Origin: Chara braunii
Lineage: Eukaryota > Plantae > Charophyceae
DNA length: 64,000 bases
Direction of reading: 5' to 3'
NCBI GenBank assembly: GCA_003427395.1
Contig: BFEA01000003.1
Span: forward strand, 1,232,031-1,296,030
A model generated the notes under the pieces. That model made no database searches. It had not been told where the DNA came from and worked only from the letters and a program-made list of their open reading frames with translations. This document shows, piece by piece, positions 57,287 to 64,000 of the stretch; position 1 is the first letter of the stretch, and every line of letters starts with the position of its first letter. Position numbers and translations under genes: made by a program.

Positions 57287-58570
57287 GAATGGTATAGATA
57301 CTAACTATAGAACCATCAAAAAGAGCTGTCACTGATTTGCTATAAGATGGATGGGTTAACCTCTCTGCGGTTTCCAGAGGAAAACAATGGCAAAATGGTT
57401 GCTGGCGCCGCAGCCAAAAAGAAAGGAAAACGGGCGCGACTTGCAGGGTTCATTTTTCTTCGGCGCGCTTCCAGATGAAAACAGTGGGCTGGGGTATAGG
57501 ATCGAAATGGCCGGCGACGCCACAGCCAAAAAGGATTTAAATATAAGCAAAAAAAAAAGAAAAAAAAAAAGAAAGGAAAACGGGTGTGACTTGCAGGGTT
57601 CATTTTTCTTCGGCGCGCAGCTGAAATCTGTGTTGGGGGCAAAAAGAGGCGCAGAGGTGACTGGTGGATTAAGTAAAGCAGTAGCCAGCAAACGGGAGCA
57701 CCTCCTATACAGGGGGGGGGGGGGCTTGAGGATGGTGGAGAAGGAAAAGAGTCAAAAGACTAAAATGCAAGGGGAGCTATTTTCTTGTTTGTCTTTCTTT
57801 TGGGTAGTATTTAAAAAAAAAAAAATTGTGGTATTGGCTCGGTGTGTTCGTCATCCGCCATTCTTTTTTCCGTCTTTGTGTTATAGCAATTGTCTTTTGT
57901 GTTCGTCTTTACAAATTCTTTCGTTCGTCTGTCTTCGGCTATTCTTAGTCTTCTTTGGCTATTCTTTTGCTCATCGTTGGCTCTTCTGGTGTTGGTGCGG
58001 CTTCGGCTATTCTTAGTCTTCGGCTATTCTTTTGCTCATCTCTGGCTCTTCTGGTGTTTGTGCTGCTATTCGTAGTCTTTGGCTATTCTGTTGTTTGTCC
58101 TTGTCTTTGTTGATTGCCACACAAAACAACACAGCACGAGGAGTCCGCATTGCGATGGAAGAGAGAAGGCAGTTGCGATGGAAGAGAGAAAGGCAAGGGG
58201 AGTGATCACACTGGTCAAGTGTTCGAGGCCTGGCCCTTCCGGGTTCGTTGGATTAACCGTAGAGATAAAAATTCATAAAAGTATGTGACGAGTTTGTCGG
58301 AGCGCAATGATTTAGTGGAAGGGACACCGGGCGGCGGGCCATGAAGCGAACAGAGGATGGGTGAACCTTTTGCCAGTGCGTACTCAGGGAAACAATTTTT
58401 TTTTTTTTTTTTGCATCTGATGGACTTTTATGTGGATGTTGATGTGAATAATGTGGAGAGTTTTACTATTAAACTATTTATAATCTTTTTTTTCCTTTTT
58501 TTTTCGTTTTTTTTTTTGTTTTTTTTTTTTTAATTGATTTATCTTTTTGGTGTGGGGGGTGTGAAATATG

Positions 58571-58633
<63 letters not shown>

Positions 58634-58920
58634 AAAGGCAGCCTGTGGAAAAGAAAGTACACACTCAACCAATGGCCTAGTTGCACCATTCACCATCTGG
58701 CAAGATGTTGAATGCTTGTGGACATTATTTTGTCCAGATGCATTCAAAATCGTGGCGGATACAAGTGGTGCAACTGTGGGATTGAAACACACACACACAC
58801 ACCTAGAACAGCAAGTGTCATTATTTCCCATCTCAAATGGTACGGCACGAGGAGCCCAAAGCACGAGGGAATGACAAAGAAAACCAAATCCTGCAGTTTT
58901 GCTAGCATCGTTCCAAAACT

Positions 58921-58921
<1 letters not shown>

Positions 58922-58985
<64 letters not shown>

Positions 58986-59082
58986 TGACCTGTGTTGAAA
59001 CATTGGAAGGGGGCAGGTACCACCCAAGGCAGTGGGTGCCACACAGCAAATTCAGGGCGTCTGATCCGAGCAATTCGTACAG

Positions 59083-59149
<67 letters not shown>

Positions 59150-59292
59150 TAATGAATCGGAGAAAAAAGAAAAAAATAAGATTCTGTGAATCTGTAATCA
59201 CCAACTGCTCATTGCAGTTTTTTGCTCCCTTGGCAACATTGCCCACACTCAGCGGCACCAGAATTCAACACTCTTTTGGTTTTATGATTCAT

Positions 59293-59349
<57 letters not shown>

Positions 59350-59450
59350 TGATCTGTGTTGAAACATTGGAAGGGGGCAGGTACCACCTAAGACAGTGGG
59401 TGCCACGCAGCAAATTGGGGGTGTCTGATCCCAGCAATCCGTACAGAATC
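58922..59450. repeat. (CT)n blocks with a duplicated ~110-bp unique segment
   Basis: CAACTGA..TGTGTTGAAACATTGGAAGGGGGCAGGTACCACC at ~58982 and ~59346. Confidence 0.85.
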
Positions 59451-60793
59451 ACAAACGTCACAAAACGGTACTAGTTGTTGGAAAATGGGTCTCACGTACG
59501 GGTTTGCAGCTATCTGATTGGGTAGAATTCACCACAGGCTATCATCTCACGTACTGGGTTGCATCTATCTGATTGGGTAGAATCCACCACAGGCTATCAA
59601 ATATGTTCAAATAACTTAAGACCACCCTTCCATCAGCGGGTGGCAGACGGGTACCAGTCCCAAGCGGTCGACAAAATCAGTACGGCCCTGTACGGGCCTG
59701 GACTTGGGAAAATTACAGAAAAGTCCCCAAAGCATCCTCACAGTTACCAGTTAGGGCCTGAACGCAGAAGAATTGCAAAACTGACCCTGTTATGTTACAG
59801 CTCGCTGCGAATCTGCAAGTTCATTGCAGCTGCTTTCCCTTCTCTTCTGGGGTATATATATGTAGTTGTATTCTTTTTTTTCTTTTTTGTTTTTTCGTTC
59901 GAAAACGTCAGACTTGCAAAACTGCCAAAACAGAGCTGCAGCATGCGGCGTCCCTTGACCAGTTGCGCCCGCGCAGCATGGGCATCATCAGGAGGGTGAC
60001 TCTATGCTGGAACAGTGCTCTGTTACTTCAGAGCCAGGGGGTCAGTATTGCATTGGACCACCCAGCTCGGTCACTGCTATATCCCACCAACCAGGTGCGT
60101 CGTCTTCCCCAGAAAAGGAATAGACTCTCTTGGCTAAAGAGCATGGAAACCACACTGCACCACACCTCGTTCAGCCATTACCCCAGGCAGTGTCCGTTGT
60201 CCGAGGCCATTTTTCCGACGTGCTGCACTGCCCAGACCTTCCACAAACAAGGTGTCTGCTTCCTTTTGGAGCAACAGACAATGCTGGGGATTCTTGGCCA
60301 CCCCCCCAACCCCAACTACCCCCAAGAACACATCCACCACTCTGTCCAGGCCCTCTTTTTCTGATGCGCTGCCCAGCCAAGCCCTAAGAAAACGAACCGT
60401 CGTACCTGTGATTTTCCCAGGCGCCACCAACTCTCTCCCTCTTATACACCCGAGCTGTGACCTGAGCTGTGTGAGTTTTGCCTGAAGTTTCTGATGCACT
60501 ACACTGCGCATCCCTTTTGAAAACGAATGGTAGCAAGCACAAGCTGTAGTTTTCCTCCGATTTGTGACGCCCAACCTCACGCCCAGTGCGACTTCCTGAT
60601 CGGAGTGAGAGTAGGTCCAAAAGTGCAAAGTAGGGGGTTGCCAACAATTTTTTGAAAGTGGGGGTTGTGAGTCCCAGGTCGGAACCGGGATCGCTGGTGC
60701 CAAGGCTCCCAGGACGACACGAAATTATCTAAAGTGCCAGGGGCAAGGAAAGGTCTTTTTTTCCTTTTTTTGGGGGGGGGAGGGCGAGGGGGG

Positions 60794-60886
60794 AAATGAT
60801 TTCTCGATTCATGCGTGGCATCCTTGCGCAGGGGCCATGCTAATCTTCTCTGTATCGTTGCAATTTTAACGGATGTCTCAAAGGAC
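60794..60886 (-). pseudogene. U6: U6 snRNA copy, near full length, probably non-functional
   Basis: Reverse complement reads GTCCTTTGAGACATCCGTTAAAATTGCAACGATACAGAGAAGATTAGCATGGCCCCTGCGCAAGGATGCCACGCATGAATCGAGAAAT, followed by a C-run and an A-rich tract. ACAGAGA and AGC are intact, but no correctly placed promoter is visible. Confidence 0.9.
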
Positions 60887-62325
60887 GGCAAGGAAATGAC
60901 TTAATTAGAAGACGGGCGAAAAGGTTCGGCGCACGTATCGGCATCGTCGTTGACGACTGCCCTTTTCCCAGGATGGTGGACGTCCGGAAGAAAATGGGGA
61001 TCCTGCTGTTCCGCCACGTGGTGCGTGCGGGGCGAAGCTAGTCTTCACTGAAGTCCCACATCGAGGGCCTCCGTTGAAGGCTCCTGGCTTGAAGCTAGTC
61101 CTCCTCGGTTTGCGTATCTACCATTATCACCGTAATAAGTTACTAATAACACTAGTAATTATAAGGCACCCATTACTCCTAGCCAAATATGCAAAGAGTT
61201 CCTCCTCTGGGGCCACCCCATGTTTTTTTTTTTTTTTTTTTTCAAAACAGCCACCCCACGTTCATTGTGTAAATAGTCATTCTCGATGCGCACACGATCA
61301 CACTCCTAGTACTATGTGTTTGCAACTTTGCATCCAAAACGACGAGATCTTGTACGATCCCAGTACTATGTGTTTGCAACTTTGCATCCAAAACGACGAG
61401 ATCTTGTACGATCCCTGAAGAGTCATTGTTGTGCAATGAAGTCTGGTTTCCATGCATGCCAACGTCTATTATATATGCTCACGTATATTAAGAGACATTG
61501 GTGATCGTTGCCCCCAAGTTGGGGGCAATGCAATTTAAGTAAGAAAAACGGACTTTAATTAACAGCAAAATAACAACAATTATGTTTGAATTTCAATGTT
61601 GTTATTGGTATCACTGCCCAAGCAACTAAACATAAATGTAATGACTGGAGCCATTATAAAGATGAATAAATTAGCACTACTTGGTAGAATAGGCTCTTTT
61701 ATAATTAATTTCAATCTGCTAAAGGTTTTAATAACCCAAACAATCTGACCAGATTCGGATGAGATGACGACAAAGCACGAGGAAGCATGTTAGCAATGAT
61801 GCGCACAGAGTGTACTAGAGCGAAAAGTGTACGGGACGTTGCGATAACATGTAATATTTGCCCCTGTCAGCCGCGAGCACACCCAGAGACCCTCGAGCTC
61901 CTACCAGTCTGCACCACAGTAACTGAATTTTACTGTGCACCACAGTAACTGAATTTTACTGTGAAATAGTTACCCCGTGTGTGACGACATGCTCTTGCCA
62001 CCTCAGGGGAGTGATTTTTTTTTCTGAAATAGTTATGTGGTCCCCACCTAGAGCCTCTCTGTCTACTCTGCTGGGGTATATATACCACAAATGCAGCTTC
62101 TTTGGCTGCTCTGCCAGGCTGTATATACCACCCTGCAGCCTCCTTTTTTTTTTTTTTTTTCCCTGCAGCCTCTTCCGCTACACTACCAGTCTGTGCCAGA
62201 AAAAGATGGGTCTGGGTAGCATCACACACACTTTCCCCTTGCATTGCCGCGGATCCTTTTTTTTTTTTTTTTTTCCCTAACTGGCCTCCATGCAACTGTC
62301 GGAGTGATGGGCGTAGATGGACAAA

Positions 62326-63914
62326 GGGCCAGATCCCACTGGCAAAGAGGATTGGAATAAGTGGCTGAATCTGGACGTGTTCCACACAGAGATGCAGAAA
62401 AGCAGTTCAATCACAATTGTTTGCACCTCTCCACAAACACGTCCAGATTCAGAGGCTTTTTTTTTTTTTTTTAAGACTATATTCTTCTCTCATCTATCTC
62501 ATTTTTCTTTTTTTTTTCCCTTTACTCCGACGAAACAGTTTGTCACAGCCCCTCGTTTGTTGTCCTCTTCTCCTTCTCCCTCTCTGCCTACGGTTTACCG
62601 TCGGCAGTTCTATTTCACGATATATATAGATATATATGGGCCCAGTGCCCAAGGCTCCAATTATGAATTTGATTACACCGCCTCTTCCCAATAGGGCTGG
62701 AAGAGCCTCAGCCACTGCTACCCTGGAGACAGCTTCCCTGCATAACAGGAATATTTTGCTCTTAGCACTGGAGGGATCTGTTTCTTCAAAAAAAAAAAAA
62801 AAAAGAATAATCTCAGGGCATTGATTGCTTCCTCAGTGAGGAAGGATTAACCCGGCTTTGTGCTGAATCAAGCTCTTCCCCCCCCTCATCTAACTGTCCT
62901 ACCTTCTTCCCCCGAATACAACGTACGGTCATTATAGCTGTATTTGACGCATCTTTCTGTCTAGATACAGCCATAATGACCGTACGTTGTATTCGGGGGA
63001 AGAAGGTAGTAGTGGATATGAAGTGGTATGGAATGGACCCTACATGACACCAGGGGCGGGACTAGTTGGTGGGACTAGGTGTCGGGCCTCTTCTGCTGAA
63101 ACCTCTTGGGTGTCATCTGTATAAGGGACGCTGGACCCGCTTTCCAGCAGGTAACAGAGGGGGAGGGACTAGTTTGTTCGAGTAGATATCAGGCGCCTGT
63201 TGCAGGGTGAAGAGGTCTATCCCCCCTCCCAACAGCTTGCTCAGTCAATCCCCTGGATCCCAGGGTAATCAATGCTGGCGAGACTCTTCTAGAATCCTCA
63301 TACTCAGAACTTCTCAGATTGTATTTGTACAGGGGACGCTGGACCCGTTCTCCAGCAGGTGATGCTCCCCACCAAGAGATGGAGCTGCTCCCCAGGTGCT
63401 AGCGGTGTCTGCTCTTACCAGCACCGCTATCACTTGCGGGGGTAATTCAAAAAAAAAAAAAAAAAAAAAAAAAAGCTCTGCCCTACTCGGATCCTCAACT
63501 GTCCACTACACTTCTGTACAGTGAGGAGTAGGGAGATTTAAATAATTCAAAGAGACTAATAACAGGGCAAGCTAGTTTGGTAGTTTAGCAGTTTTATCGA
63601 TAGTTCCGATGAGCTTCCCCCCACGATCCTATTTAGCCACTAACCACACAAGTGGAGAAGGCTCGTACTTATCTATCTCATCCTCTCACTAGTGTATGTG
63701 TAGTACGGGGGAACACCAACCAACCCGGATCTCTAGCCCACGGGTTAGTTTGGCACCACAGCAGTGGTGCGAGAGCAAGGCTGTACCAGTCCCTCATCAC
63801 GGTGACGAGGGGTGGGCAGGCATTGCCGATGGGGGAAATCGGCGGTGCTAATGGCCAGTCACTGCACCTCCCCCTAACCCGCCCCGCTCCTCTTTGCCAG
63901 AGGGATCTGGCCCT
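62326..63914. mobile_element. ~1.6-kb family E-type element carrying nested cargo
   Basis: 26-bp TIR GGGCCAGATCCCACTGGCAAAGAGGA / TCCTCTTTGCCAGAGGGATCTGGCCC with one mismatch; flanks AAA / TAA. Confidence 0.7.
62900..63008. mobile_element. Hairpin MITE family A (Tc1/mariner/pogo-like, TA TSD), best-preserved copy, 105 bp
   Basis: TIR CCTTCTTCCCCCGAATACAACGTACGGTCATTAT..., 42 of 44 positions matching, flanked by cTA / TAg. Confidence 0.92.
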
Positions 63915-64000
63915 AAGCCTTTTGTGGCACATGTTGTGCGGAGTCTGAAGACCACGTGTGGGGTCCAGAGTCTTTTTTTTTTTTTTTTTTTTTTTTTTTT

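Noticed and set aside
61053-61063. GTCCCACATCG, a perfect plant snRNA USE motif near the 60794-60886 U6 copy
   Set aside because: Wrong strand and ~170 bp from the U6 5' end (expected about -60 on the same strand), with no TATA at Pol II or Pol III spacing.

Overview
Repeat-dense, gene-poor eukaryotic nuclear scaffold with six N-gaps (about 1233-2197, 7182-7441, 38413-38792, 45426-45850, 48069-48123, 50649-50814). The plant-type U6 and 18S copies, the plastid rps18 fragment and the style of the transposon remnants point to a green-plant-lineage genome, probably a charophyte alga such as Chara (inference). Only one coding region is well supported: an intronless ORF of about 1923 aa (ATG 32325 to 38096, +). 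It has up to four divergent RRM-like segments and a very long low-complexity tail, and lies in an ~8.5 kb zone where none of the window's MITE families were seen. Upstream of it are a tandem array of E2F-type sites, a minisatellite and a GATC-rich tract. The rest of the window is a mosaic of small non-autonomous elements. These include 15 or more copies of a ~105 bp TA-duplicating hairpin MITE that prefers CTAG, several PIF/Harbinger-type MITE families with 3-bp TSDs, TTAA-joined ACC...GGT units, tRNA-derived SINEs (one with an 18-bp TSD), LTR-retrotransposon and hAT remnants, and satellites. Most notable are five degenerate U6 snRNA copies, each followed by an A-rich tract, suggesting a U6-derived retroposon family. 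Several nested insertions with matching empty sites allow a relative chronology. All calls were made by eye, with no database searches.
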